In this document: piece by piece, positions 1-8,897 of the stretch
How positions within the stretch are numbered: position 1 is the stretch's first letter
Layout of the letters: each line of letters opens with the position of its first letter
Assembly: GCA_963767005.1 (NCBI GenBank)
Contig: CAVYCN010000003.1
Coordinates: forward strand, 32,001-96,000
Direction of reading: 5' to 3'
Source: an uncultured Actinomycetes bacterium
GTDB taxonomy: Bacteria; Actinomycetota; Thermoleophilia; UBA2241
DNA: 64,000 nucleotides
Position numbers and translations under genes: made by a program
Notes under the pieces: model-generated
What the model saw: the letters and a program-made list of their open reading frames with translations, nothing else
The model's database searches: none
Told to the model about the DNA's origin: nothing

Positions 1-354
1 GACCGCGCGGATGAGGCCGAGGTTGCCTTCCTGGATCAGGTCGAGGAACAGCATGCCGCGACCCACGTAGCGCTTGGCGATCGACACGACGAGGCGCAGG
101 TTGGCTTCGATCAGCTTGCGCTTGGCCTCCATGTCGCGGCGCTCGATGCGCTTGGCCAGCGAGACCTCTTCTTCGGCCGTGAGGAGCGGCACCTTGCCGA
201 TCTCCTTTAAGTACATGCGGACCGGGTCGTTGGTCTGAGTCTTCACCGAGAGGTCGAGCTTGGGGAGATCATCCCCAAGCTCGACCGAGTCTTCGGCTTG
301 ATCGGCCCAGCTTCCCGCGCCCGCAAGATGCGGTGCTGCAACACGTCGGGCCAT
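1..354 (-). CDS. RpoD-like sigma-70 factor, 5' part (runs off window); short N-terminus lacking region 1.1
   Basis: Manual translation from ATG at 354: MARRVAAPH...[38 protein letters not shown]...[38 protein letters not shown] (regions 1.2-2.2). Not in the ORF track. Confidence 0.9.
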   Translation of the reverse strand, partial: MARRVAAPHLAGAGSWADQAEDSVELGDDLPKLDLSVKTQTNDPVRMYLKEIGKVPLLTAEEEVSLAKRIERRDMEAKRKLIEANLRLVVSIAKRYVGRGMLFLDLIQEGNLGLIRAV

Positions 355-563
355 CACGCCGCTTCGGCCACCCGGGTGCCGGACTTGCCGGACCGCCGCG
401 CCGCCAACTGGCGAACCTTGCCGCGGACCCGGCGGTAGGCCGGCATCGTCCAGGTGTCGCGCTTCAGATAGGCGACGGTGGCGGCTGTCAGGGCCACCAC
501 CGGTGCGACAAGCAGCGCGGGCAGGGCCGCCAGGCCCAGGATCACCTTGGTCGTTGTGCGCAT
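354..563 (-). CDS. Small membrane protein (69 aa), translationally coupled to the sigma gene
   Basis: AAAGGAG RBS, hydrophobic segment, TGATG overlap with the sigma start; homologous to 2033-2290. Confidence 0.65.
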   Translation of the reverse strand: MRTTTKVILGLAALPALLVAPVVALTAATVAYLKRDTWTMPAYRRVRGKVRQLAARRSGKSGTRVAEAA

Positions 564-630
564 CCGTGACTCCTTTCGTTGCGTGAGCCGGCAGCGGGGC
601 GAGCGCGCCCGGATGGCGGGCGCCCAGCCA

Positions 631-708
631 TCAGCTCGGGGACTTAAGCGCCGCGATCACCGGAATCGCGACGATGACGCAGATGACGATGGCGACCACC
701 GCGGTCAT
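631..708 (-). CDS. 25-aa hydrophobic micropeptide MTAVVAIVICVIVAIPVIAALKSPS
   Basis: Strong AAAGGAGG RBS just before ATG; single TM helix. Confidence 0.5.
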   Translation of the reverse strand: MTAVVAIVICVIVAIPVIAALKSPS

Positions 709-772
709 CACTCCTCCTTTCAAATCGGCCGCCCGGCGGCCCGAGACTGGATTCCTAGCCGCGGACCGCGGC

Positions 773-961
773 TCATGGTGCTGCCCGGTCGAGCAGCCAG
801 CGCTGGAACCGGGCTCCGCGGACGAAATCGTGGTGGAGCACGATGAGCAGACCCAGGCCGGCCAGTGCGCCGCAGTCAAGAAGCGCAAGGACGAGGCCGA
901 CACGGTTCCCACGCCACCGCGAGGGTGTGAGCGAGCGCTTCTTTCGGGCGAGGTGCTTCAT
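773..961 (-). CDS. Small putative membrane protein (62 aa)
   Basis: Basic N-terminus plus a TM-like segment; co-oriented directly after MarR. Confidence 0.4.
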   Translation of the reverse strand: MKHLARKKRSLTPSRWRGNRVGLVLALLDCGALAGLGLLIVLHHDFVRGARFQRWLLDRAAP

Positions 962-978
962 CTCGGATGCAGCCGGAG

Positions 979-1452
979 CTAATGCTCGACGGGTCCGTCC
1001 TGCGGCCCCGTACGGCCGATCAGCTCCAGGGCATGGGCGACCGTGCCGAGCTCGCTGATATCGAGCCCTTCCAGACGTGCCACCATCGCCGTGCGGCGTT
1101 GCTCGAATAGCGCGTCGATACGGCGCTCCCCTTCGCTTGTCAGCGAGCAGAGAACGGCACGGCCGTCGGTACTGTCGCGGTGACGAGAGACGAGGCCGCG
1201 GCGCCCGAGACGGTCGGCGATGCTCGTCATTGACGACAACCCGACATGGAGGCGGGCAGCCAGTACGCCCATGCGAGCCTGTCCTGTGTGCAGGTACAGC
1301 AGGGTCGCCATCTGGGCAAGAGTGAGCTCCGATAGCTCCGGGCTGGACAGCTCTTCGGCGAAGCCCGGGAAGCCGTCGGTCCCGTAGAAGATGGCTTCAA
1401 GGAGAGCTATCCCACGGTCGGCGAGTGCCGCGCGTACGTCGTCGCTCACCAT
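979..1452 (-). CDS. MarR family transcriptional regulator
   Basis: LTLAQ..L, wHTH SSMTSIADRL, D.R..L.LT..G wing; AAGGAGG RBS. Confidence 0.9.
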   Translation of the reverse strand: MVSDDVRAALADRGIALLEAIFYGTDGFPGFAEELSSPELSELTLAQMATLLYLHTGQARMGVLAARLHVGLSSMTSIADRLGRRGLVSRHRDSTDGRAVLCSLTSEGERRIDALFEQRRTAMVARLEGLDISELGTVAHALELIGRTGPQDGPVEH

Positions 1453-1561
1453 GCCTCCTTGGATCGGCCGTTCACGAACTGACTACTTCTCAGGACGCCG
1501 GAATCGCTTTTACTTACTGTAGCACGAACTATATCACACAGCAAGTTGAGTGTTGGAGTGC

Positions 1562-1589
1562 TTGACTCGCTCATGTTCCAGATTATAAT
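1562..1589 (+). promoter_or_regulatory. Sigma-70-type promoter
   Basis: TTGACT-16 bp-TATAAT in an AT-rich divergent intergenic region. Confidence 0.55.
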
Positions 1590-2032
1590 TCGCTTTGCGT
1601 TAAGTAACCATGGACTCCTCCGGAGGTGCCCTTGGTCGGATCACTGAAGCTCGTGACTTGTCTGCGCCTTTCGAGTCTCGTCGGGATTCTGTGCTTTGCG
1701 TCGGTCGTCGCTGTCCGTTGCGCCCTCCCCCGCAGTGCCAGGGGTGCGCGGCGGTCGCTTGGCTTCGCAGCGCCAAGACGAACGGATGCAGTGACCTGAA
1801 GAGTGGCCGATGTGGTCGAGATTGCCTCAACCTGGCGGGCCCGCGTGCAGCGCCGCTTTCGGCGTCTGTCCGTTTCCTGGTGCGACGTCCTGGGGCCGCG
1901 CCGCAGGACGTACGTTGCGGCCGAGTGAGCGAGATCGCCCGGAAACAAATCGGTGGGGTGCCGCCGCTGCCGGTGGGCTGTCACGGTGAGGGCATACCCG
2001 GGCCGCGGCGGTCGGAAAGAGAGGAGCCGGAA

Positions 2033-2290
2033 GGGCATTCGCAGACGAAGCTGGCCTTGGGGATGATCGCGGGGATCGTCGCGGTTCCCGCGGTGCTGGC
2101 GACTCCGCTGGCGCTGGCCGGCATTGCGTATCTCAAGCGCGATTCCCGGACCGTCCCGGCGTGGCGCTGGGTGCCCGTCCGGACGCGTTACCTAGGCAAG
2201 GTCCTCGGTGAGGTTGTCGAGACGCCGCGACGCAGCCGCGCCTGCACTGCGTGGCATAGCGCGCAGCAACAAGGCACGATCTCCCGATAG
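2033..2290 (+). pseudogene. Paralog of the 354-563 small membrane protein, start codon apparently lost
   Basis: TKLALG..VPAVLATPLALAGIAYLKRDSRTVPAWR vs [33 protein letters not shown]; GAGGAG RBS followed by GGG rather than GTG. Confidence 0.45.
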
Positions 2291-2307
2291 ATCAGTCGAG
2301 GTGGAAC

Positions 2308-3393
2308 ATGCAACAGGTCGTGGTGTTCGGCGCGGGCGTTGCCGGCGCCAGCTTCATCAAGGCTATGACGGCAGCGCCGGTCGACATCACGCTCGTCGAC
2401 CCCAAGGACTACGTGGAACTGCCCTACCCGATGCTCCGTGCGCTCACCGACTTTACGGGCCTCGCTGCGATGGTGCGCAGACCGATCTCCGACGAGCTTG
2501 GAGTGCCTCACATCCAGGCCAAGCTCGAGACGCTCTCGGGCCACACGGCACTCCTTGACGACGGGCAGGAGATCGGCTTCGACTACGCCATCCTGGCGAC
2601 AGGCTCGACCGTCCGTGGCTTCGAGAGCCTGAAGCTTGCCAGGGGACGCACACTCGAAGAGCGGGCAGCCGAATGGAGAATGCATGCCGATCTGCTGCTC
2701 CACGCCAAAGACGTGATCATCGTCGGTGGAGGGCCCGTTGGCGTCGAGCTTGCCGGTGAGATCAGGGAGGCCTACCCCGCCAAGCACGTTACCCTCATCG
2801 AGGCCGGCGATCGCCTGCTTGCGGCGCTGGGGCAGGGGGCAAGCAAGAAGGCGAGGCGCGTGCTCGAGGGACAGGGTGTCCAGGTCATGACCGGCCAGCG
2901 GACAGCGGTGGAGGCGGACGGGCACACGGTTCGACTCGAGTCAGGCGAGGCACGCCGGGCAGATCTGGTCTACGAGGCTCTTGGGATCGAAATCGATACG
3001 TCCTATCTGGAGAGTGAGTTCCGCGAGGCGCTCACTCCGATGCGAGCCGTCCGTGTCGACCGTCTTCTGCGCGTCGTGGGTAGCGAGAACATCTTCGCCC
3101 TCGGTGACATCAACGACACACCGGAGATCAAGCTGGGCGTCTTTGCGACCCGCCAGGCCAGATTGACAGCCAGGAATCTCAACTCGCTGCTGAGGGACCA
3201 AGATCTCAGGCCGTATCGACCCACCAAGGGGGCGATGGGTTTCGTCACGCTGGGCAGGGGCGCGGGCATTGCGCAGCTGCCTGTTGGTCGATTCGACCCC
3301 CTGGTGCGGATGAAGCAGAAGGATCTCTTCCTTTCCCGGTTCTTCTCCGCCGAGGTCCGTGTGCCTCGAACCGCTGAGACAGTCGCCTCGTGA
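2308..3393 (+). CDS. FAD/NAD(P)H-dependent oxidoreductase (Pyr_redox_2, AIF/FSP1-like)
   Basis: GAGVAG, LATGS, GGGPVGVELAGE, IFALGD motifs. Confidence 0.9.
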   Translation: MQQVVVFGAGVAGASFIKAMTAAPVDITLVDPKDYVELPYPMLRALTDFTGLAAMVRRPISDELGVPHIQAKLETLSGHTALLDDGQEIGFDYAILATGSTVRGFESLKLARGRTLEERAAEWRMHADLLLHAKDVIIVGGGPVGVELAGEIREAYPAKHVTLIEAGDRLLAALGQGASKKARRVLEGQGVQVMTGQRTAVEADGHTVRLESGEARRADLVYEALGIEIDTSYLESEFREALTPMRAVRVDRLLRVVGSENIFALGDINDTPEIKLGVFATRQARLTARNLNSLLRDQDLRPYRPTKGAMGFVTLGRGAGIAQLPVGRFDPLVRMKQKDLFLSRFFSAEVRVPRTAETVAS

Positions 3394-3410
3394 CGAGGCC
3401 GCCGTCATAA

Positions 3411-3833
3411 TCACCCTTCGCCTGGAGGATCTGCCCGACGACAACTGGGGCCGCTGCCTCTTTCTCCGTCGCCGCTCAGCCAGTCAATCGCATCTTCGAA
3501 GGAGGCGAACGCCTCGACCCGGAGGCCGCGGTTCTGGGCGCACAGCGCGAAGAATCCCGCGCTGTCGAAGTTCTCGACGGGACAAAGGACAGCCGTCCTT
3601 CGAGCAAACGGTTGGCGTAGCCTGCTGAGTTCAGCCGCCAGGTGCCACAAGTCCGCGTCCGACAGCTGTACCCGCGCCTCCCGAATGTCGAGGAGCACGT
3701 CAAAGTCGCCCAGTTGCGTCGAGGCCGACGCGACCTCAACGAGTACCCTTTTCGACTCCTCAAAATCCAACTGACCCTCAGGTGTGGCCTTGATGAAATC
3801 ATGCGCGTGGACGATCCTGATATCAGTCGCCAT
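3411..3833 (-). CDS. Hypothetical protein, SpoIIAA/STAS-SEC14-like
   Basis: VLLDIRE...AVL...F.SFEDAIDWL pattern; AAGGAGG RBS. Confidence 0.65.
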   Translation of the reverse strand: MATDIRIVHAHDFIKATPEGQLDFEESKRVLVEVASASTQLGDFDVLLDIREARVQLSDADLWHLAAELSRLRQPFARRTAVLCPVENFDSAGFFALCAQNRGLRVEAFASFEDAIDWLSGDGERGSGPSCRRADPPGEG

Positions 3834-4084
3834 CGCCCCCTCCTTCGCGTATCCCCCTGCATCCCCGCGTTCGCGACCAGACCTGCCCGCGGTCCCGCCG
3901 CCTTGCCCAGCCGACCACTCCAGAACATCGTAGTGCCTCTTCGGCCGGAGAGAGACACTGGCCGTTTACGAGCCCGACGCGCGCTCCCGCGAAGGCTTGC
4001 TCGGCGGCAGTCAGATGGCGGCAGGAAACGCCAGGCACCTGAGAGAAGACTTCAGAGTTACGCGGCTGTGGCCGATGGAGGGGC

Positions 4085-5935
4085 ATGGCAGTCCGACTAG
4101 CGACGGGGCGGCTTTCGCGCGAGAGACTTCGCGTCGAGCTGAGCCGCGCCCAGGAACACCTCGGCGACCTCCTGGCAAGCCGCGCGCAGAAGCGTGAGGG
4201 CGTGATCGACGGCCTCATTGAGAACCTGACGGACGGCCTCGCACTGGTGAGCCCGGACGGCCACTTCCTCGACGTCAATGCCGCCTTGTGTGTCATGACC
4301 GGGTTCTCGCACGACGAGCTCGTCGGCTGTGACGTGCCTGCCCCCTTCTGCCCGCCCGAGGAAGCGGACGCGATGCAAGATGCGTTGCGCAGGCACCTCG
4401 AGGGCCAGGCCACTTCGATCAGGGCGACGTTCATGCGCAAGAGTGGCGAGCGCTTTCCAGTGCTCATCACGCCGTCCAGCCTGCGTGATGAGCACGGTCC
4501 GCCCTTCTACGTGTTCGCGGGGTTCAGGGACCTGAGCGACGAACAGCGCACTGATCGGGCCCTGCGTGAGAGCGAGCGACGCTACCGCAGCATCTTCGCC
4601 AACGCTCCGATCGGCATCTTTCAAACGACAGCGGACGGCCGGATGGTGGCGGTCAACCCGGCCTTCGCGAGACTTCTCGGCTACGCCTCGGTTGCGGAGC
4701 TGGTCGAGGTGGTCGATCGCGAGGGTTTCGCGCAGACCATCCATGAGAACCTCGACAATCGGCGCCAGCTGCTTGAGGAGGCGCACGCCGCAGGCGGCAA
4801 GGGGGTCACCTTCGAAAGCCGCTTCCGACGCGCCGACGGCAGCCTCCTCACGGGGCTCGTCAACCTGCGTGAGGAACGCGACCCCACGACTGGCGAGCTC
4901 TGCTTGTTCGGCTTCGCTCAAGACGTCACTTCACAGAGGGAGGCCACTGAGGCTCTCGAGCACTCGACGCAGCTGCTGAACCACGGCGAGCGCCTCGCGC
5001 ATCTCGGAAGCTGGGCCTGGAACATCGTCTCCGGCACGCTGGCGGCTTCCCCCGAGTGGCAGCGCATGCACGGACTGGTCGGCGAGTGCCTCACAGACGA
5101 CGAGGTGATGGCGACCTGCCACAAAGACGACCGGCAGGCGATTTGGGCCGCGCTAGACGAAGCGCGTGCGGGGGGTGACTATCGGGTCGACCACCGCATG
5201 GTGCACCCCGAGACACACGAGGTGCGCCACCTGACGACCTTCGGCAAGCCCATCTTCAGTGACGAGGGGCGGCTCGAGTCGGTGATCGGCGCCTCGCTCG
5301 ACGTCACCGAGCGCACGAGGGCCGACCAGGCGCTGCTCGAACGCGAGGAACGGCTGCGACAGGCCCTCGCTGACACCGTCGAGGCGCTGGGCGCAACGGT
5401 GGCCATGCGTGACCCCTATACCGCACGACACGAACGGCGTGTGGCTCAGCTTGCCTGTCTGATGGCAGAACGCCTCGGGTGGAGCGAGGAGGCTATCGAG
5501 CGTCTGCGCGTGGCGGCACTGGTGCACGACGTCGGCAAGATCGCCGTGCCGGCTGAGATTCTTGCGAAGCCGTCTCGTCTGCAGCCCGCCGAGTTCGAGC
5601 TCATCAAGGGCCACGCGCAAGCTGGATATGAGATCCTCATGCCGATCGCCTTCGGCGGTCCCGTAGCCGACCTGGTTTGGCAACACCACGAACGCCTTGA
5701 CGGCTCCGGCTACCCGAGGGGGCTGCACGGTGAGGAGGTTCTGCCAGGTGCACGTGTGCTGGCCGTCGCCGACGTGGTCGAGGCAATGGTCAGTCACCGG
5801 CCCTACAGGCCGGCCCTGCCGCTTGTGGAGGCCCTCGCCGAGATCTCAAGCGGAGCCGGCGTGCGCTATGATGCAGAAGTCGTTGAGGTCTGCCGACAGC
5901 TCTTTGAGAAGGAAGGCTACAACCTTCCTGAGTAG
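4085..5935 (+). CDS. Multi-PAS HD-GYP phosphodiesterase
   Basis: Three PAS domains; HDVGK, HHERLDGSGYP, RPYR motifs. Confidence 0.93.
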   Translation: MAVRLATGRLSRERLRVELSRAQEHLGDLLASRAQKREGVIDGLIENLTDGLALVSPDGHFLDVNAALCVMTGFSHDELVGCDVPAPFCPPEEADAMQDALRRHLEGQATSIRATFMRKSGERFPVLITPSSLRDEHGPPFYVFAGFRDLSDEQRTDRALRESERRYRSIFANAPIGIFQTTADGRMVAVNPAFARLLGYASVAELVEVVDREGFAQTIHENLDNRRQLLEEAHAAGGKGVTFESRFRRADGSLLTGLVNLREERDPTTGELCLFGFAQDVTSQREATEALEHSTQLLNHGERLAHLGSWAWNIVSGTLAASPEWQRMHGLVGECLTDDEVMATCHKDDRQAIWAALDEARAGGDYRVDHRMVHPETHEVRHLTTFGKPIFSDEGRLESVIGASLDVTERTRADQALLEREERLRQALADTVEALGATVAMRDPYTARHERRVAQLACLMAERLGWSEEAIERLRVAALVHDVGKIAVPAEILAKPSRLQPAEFELIKGHAQAGYEILMPIAFGGPVADLVWQHHERLDGSGYPRGLHGEEVLPGARVLAVADVVEAMVSHRPYRPALPLVEALAEISSGAGVRYDAEVVEVCRQLFEKEGYNLPE

Positions 5936-6234
5936 TGAACCGCCCCGGCTTTCCTGGAGGCGCCAACCCTTGAGAGGGCTGGCCGTAGACGGCCAGCGGC
6001 GGCTTCCAGCACGGCCTCGTCTACCTGCTTAAAAACTTCGAAACCTCCGGGACCTGCTTCGTGGCTGCACACAGGATCGCTGCCGACGGGATGCCGACGC
6101 CAGCGCCGCCATGCTATCGGCCGTTGCTCGGCACCCGGCCGTGTGCTACTAATGCACGGCCCCCACGTCCTAGCAGACTCAGCAGCGCCTGCCGCGCCAG
6201 CGGTCGACTCACAAAGCGGTGTTCGAGTGCCTCC

Positions 6235-8307
6235 CTAGACCCTGGTGAAGTACTTGACTCCGCTCTTGCCGGCCGTGGTCACGACGTGCAGCGCCTTGCG
6301 CCCCTTACTCATCGTCGGCACCCTGACTCTGATCTTGGTGGCGCTCCAGGAGACGTACTTGGTGACGGCCTTGCTGGTGAAGAGCACCTTGGAGGCGCCG
6401 CGCTTTGCGCCGAAGTTCTTGCCGACGATGGTCACGATGGTCCCGACCTTGCCTTTGGCGGGGCTGATCTTCGAGATCGACGGCTTGGGTGGTGGACAGT
6501 CGATCGTGAAGCCGGCGGCGTTGGAGTCGAGCGTTGCGTGCACCACGACGTCCACGAGTCCCGGCGCAAGACCAAGCGGCACGGTGCAGGAAATCGCGCC
6601 GTCCGACCAGCTGCTGACCGTGGCGGTCGTGCCGGCGAAGGTCACCGTGCTTGTGCCCTGGGTGTCGCCGAATCCCAGGCCGGCGATCGTCACGGCGGCG
6701 CCTCCCAGGGCGTGGGGCGGTGTGATCGAGCTGACGATGGGCTGGCCGGGAACGGCATCGTCGACCGTGAAGGGCTGCGCATCGGAGCTCGCCTGCGAGG
6801 TCGCGACTACCACGTCGGCCTCACCGGAGGCAAGGCCGGCGGGCACGCTGCACTGGATCGCCGTGTCCGACCAGCTGCTCACCGTAGCGACGGCGCCGCC
6901 GAAGGTCACCGTGCTGGTGTCCTGGCTGGCGCCGAAGTTCCTGCCGCTGATCGTCACCGCAGCTGCCGGGACTGCGTCACCTGGGTACAGCGAAGTGATG
7001 GCCGGCTTGTTCAGCGTGAAGATGTAGGCCCCGCCCTGGGAACGGTCGAGGTCGCCCGCCGCGACGGTGTCGGCCGATATCGCCACCGAGCCGAACCTGT
7101 CCCACTGTGCGCCGTTGCTTGCCGTCAACTTGGCCTGCTGGCTCCAGGTCGTGCCGTTGTCCAGATAGAGGTAGGCCGAGCCCTGTTCGAAGTTGGTGCC
7201 GACACCGTCCATGACCGCGCCGACCACGACCGTGTCGCCGGAGATGCCGACCGAGCAGCCGAACCAGTCGTCGCTTTGGCCATCGGCGGCGCTGAGCTGT
7301 GCCTGCTGGCTCCAGGTCGTGCCGCTGCGCACAAAGACGTAGGCCGCGCCCTCATCTTCGGTGGTGCCCACGGTGGTGGCGAGGGCGCCCACCACGGCGG
7401 TGTCGCCGTAGATCGCAACCGAGTAGCCGAACTGGTCGGAGCTGGCGCCGTCCTCATCGGTCAGCTTGGCCTGCTGGCTCCAGGTCGTGCCGCTGCGCAC
7501 AAAGACGTAAGCCGCGCCCTGCTCGGGGTTGGAGCCGACGGTCTCCAGGTTGGCGCCCACCACGGCGGTGTCGCCTGAGATCGCGACCGCCGAACCGAAC
7601 TGATCGTTGCCGGAGCCATCGTCGACGGTGAGCTCGGCCTGCTGGCTCCAGCTCGTGGCGTCGCAGACGAAGACATAGGCGGCGCCCGAGGAGGCGCCTC
7701 CCCCGTGGCCGGGTGCGCCCACCACCGCGGTGTCGCCCGAGATCGCGACCGAGGTGCCGAACTGATCGCCACCGCCGCCGTCGCCGGCGGTCAACTTCGC
7801 CTGCTGGGTCCAGGTGGCGCCACTACGCACGAAGACGTACGCGGCGCCCTGGTAGGTATTGGTGCCGACCGTGGCAAAAGAAGCACCCACCACCACGGTA
7901 TCGCCCGAGATCGCGACCGAGGTGCCGAACTCGTCGCCTTCGGCGCCGTCGGCGGCGGTCAGACGCGCCTGCTGGGTCCAGGTGGCGCCACTACGCACGA
8001 AGACGTAAGCCGCGCCCTGCGACCGGTTGGCGCCCACCTTGTCGCCGGGTGCGCCCACCACGGCGATATCGCCCGAGATCGCCACCGAGTAGCCGAGCTC
8101 GGCGCCGGCGTTGGCCGGCGTCGCGGTCAGCTCCGCCTGCTGGACGGCCAACAGCGCGGACGTCGACGGCGCGCAGACTGATGTAGCGGACGGAGCGGCG
8201 TTTGCCGGGCCGCTCGTGGCCAAGGCGGCCGCACACAGCAGCAGCAGGGCGACACAGGCCACACCAAGGCGACGAGGCTTCATGAGCAGGGGACTCGGCA
8301 GGGCCAC
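6235..8307 (-). CDS. Secreted FG-GAP repeat (beta-propeller) protein with three IPT/TIG domains
   Basis: Signal peptide; repeats FG.SVAISGDT.VVGA...GAAYVF..SG.TW.QQA.L; P.I.S..P...VTI.G.NFG domains. Confidence 0.9.
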   Translation of the reverse strand: MALPSPLLMKPRRLGVACVALLLLCAAALATSGPANAAPSATSVCAPSTSALLAVQQAELTATPANAGAELGYSVAISGDIAVVGAPGDKVGANRSQGAAYVFVRSGATWTQQARLTAADGAEGDEFGTSVAISGDTVVVGASFATVGTNTYQGAAYVFVRSGATWTQQAKLTAGDGGGGDQFGTSVAISGDTAVVGAPGHGGGASSGAAYVFVCDATSWSQQAELTVDDGSGNDQFGSAVAISGDTAVVGANLETVGSNPEQGAAYVFVRSGTTWSQQAKLTDEDGASSDQFGYSVAIYGDTAVVGALATTVGTTEDEGAAYVFVRSGTTWSQQAQLSAADGQSDDWFGCSVGISGDTVVVGAVMDGVGTNFEQGSAYLYLDNGTTWSQQAKLTASNGAQWDRFGSVAISADTVAAGDLDRSQGGAYIFTLNKPAITSLYPGDAVPAAAVTISGRNFGASQDTSTVTFGGAVATVSSWSDTAIQCSVPAGLASGEADVVVATSQASSDAQPFTVDDAVPGQPIVSSITPPHALGGAAVTIAGLGFGDTQGTSTVTFAGTTATVSSWSDGAISCTVPLGLAPGLVDVVVHATLDSNAAGFTIDCPPPKPSISKISPAKGKVGTIVTIVGKNFGAKRGASKVLFTSKAVTKYVSWSATKIRVRVPTMSKGRKALHVVTTAGKSGVKYFTRV

Positions 8308-8713
8308 GGTGGTCTCCTTTCGACGGACGCTCAGTCGCGGTGCTTGCGCAGGTGCCTCATGTCCGAGAACGCCACAAGCCGCCAGGACGCAAGCGTCGGG
8401 GATGCAGCGGATGCCGCGCTATCGTGCCCGCGCCCATGCACCTCGCGATGCTAAGTACTTTCATTTTCGGCAGCGGGCATCAGTTCCTTCACAACAGGGG
8501 CATTCGAGAAGACGCCGTGGCAACACGGAAGCGGTGCGAGAGTCGAGAGTGGAGCCTGCGGGCGGACCCGCGGGGGCATCTGGTCCAGCGCCATGACCGT
8601 CGTCAGTCGGCGTTCTCGACGCGGGTCGCAGGAATGGCCCTGGGGTGTCTATCCGTGAAGGGCCCCCCAGGTCACACGAACATATGCGACCCGTGAAGCT
8701 GCAGCACACAGCC

Positions 8714-8817
8714 ATGCGCGCCGACCATTTGCCGACGCGGCGAGCGCGACCAAGGGCTGCCCTGTGTTCGCCACGGGTGGTTCGATCGAGGTCTACGAGC
8801 GACTTGCAGTCGGCTGA
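8714..8817 (+). pseudogene. Possible YciI-family C-terminal remnant
   Basis: Frame reads ADAASATKGCPVFATGGSIEVYERLAVG*, similar to YciI C-termini; no intact 5' part. Confidence 0.25.
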
Positions 8818-8897
8818 GGCGTCCAGCGGCAAAGACGGGCAGCCGGGCCATCCTCCGCCCCTCGTGCATGGCGAGCCACGAAGCCTTCGCGCCGCCC

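Noticed and set aside
1610-2032. N-terminal part of the 226-aa ORF 1610-2290
   Set aside because: Arg/Cys-rich composition with no motif; only the 3' part resembles a real protein
6061-7578. Long antisense ORFs (e.g. 6061-7578, 8980-10428, 26841-28028)
   Set aside because: Shadow or alternate-frame ORFs of well-supported genes, expected at high GC
7020-8140. CRISPR-like periodic repeats
   Set aside because: These are coding FG-GAP repeats with no unique spacers or cas genes
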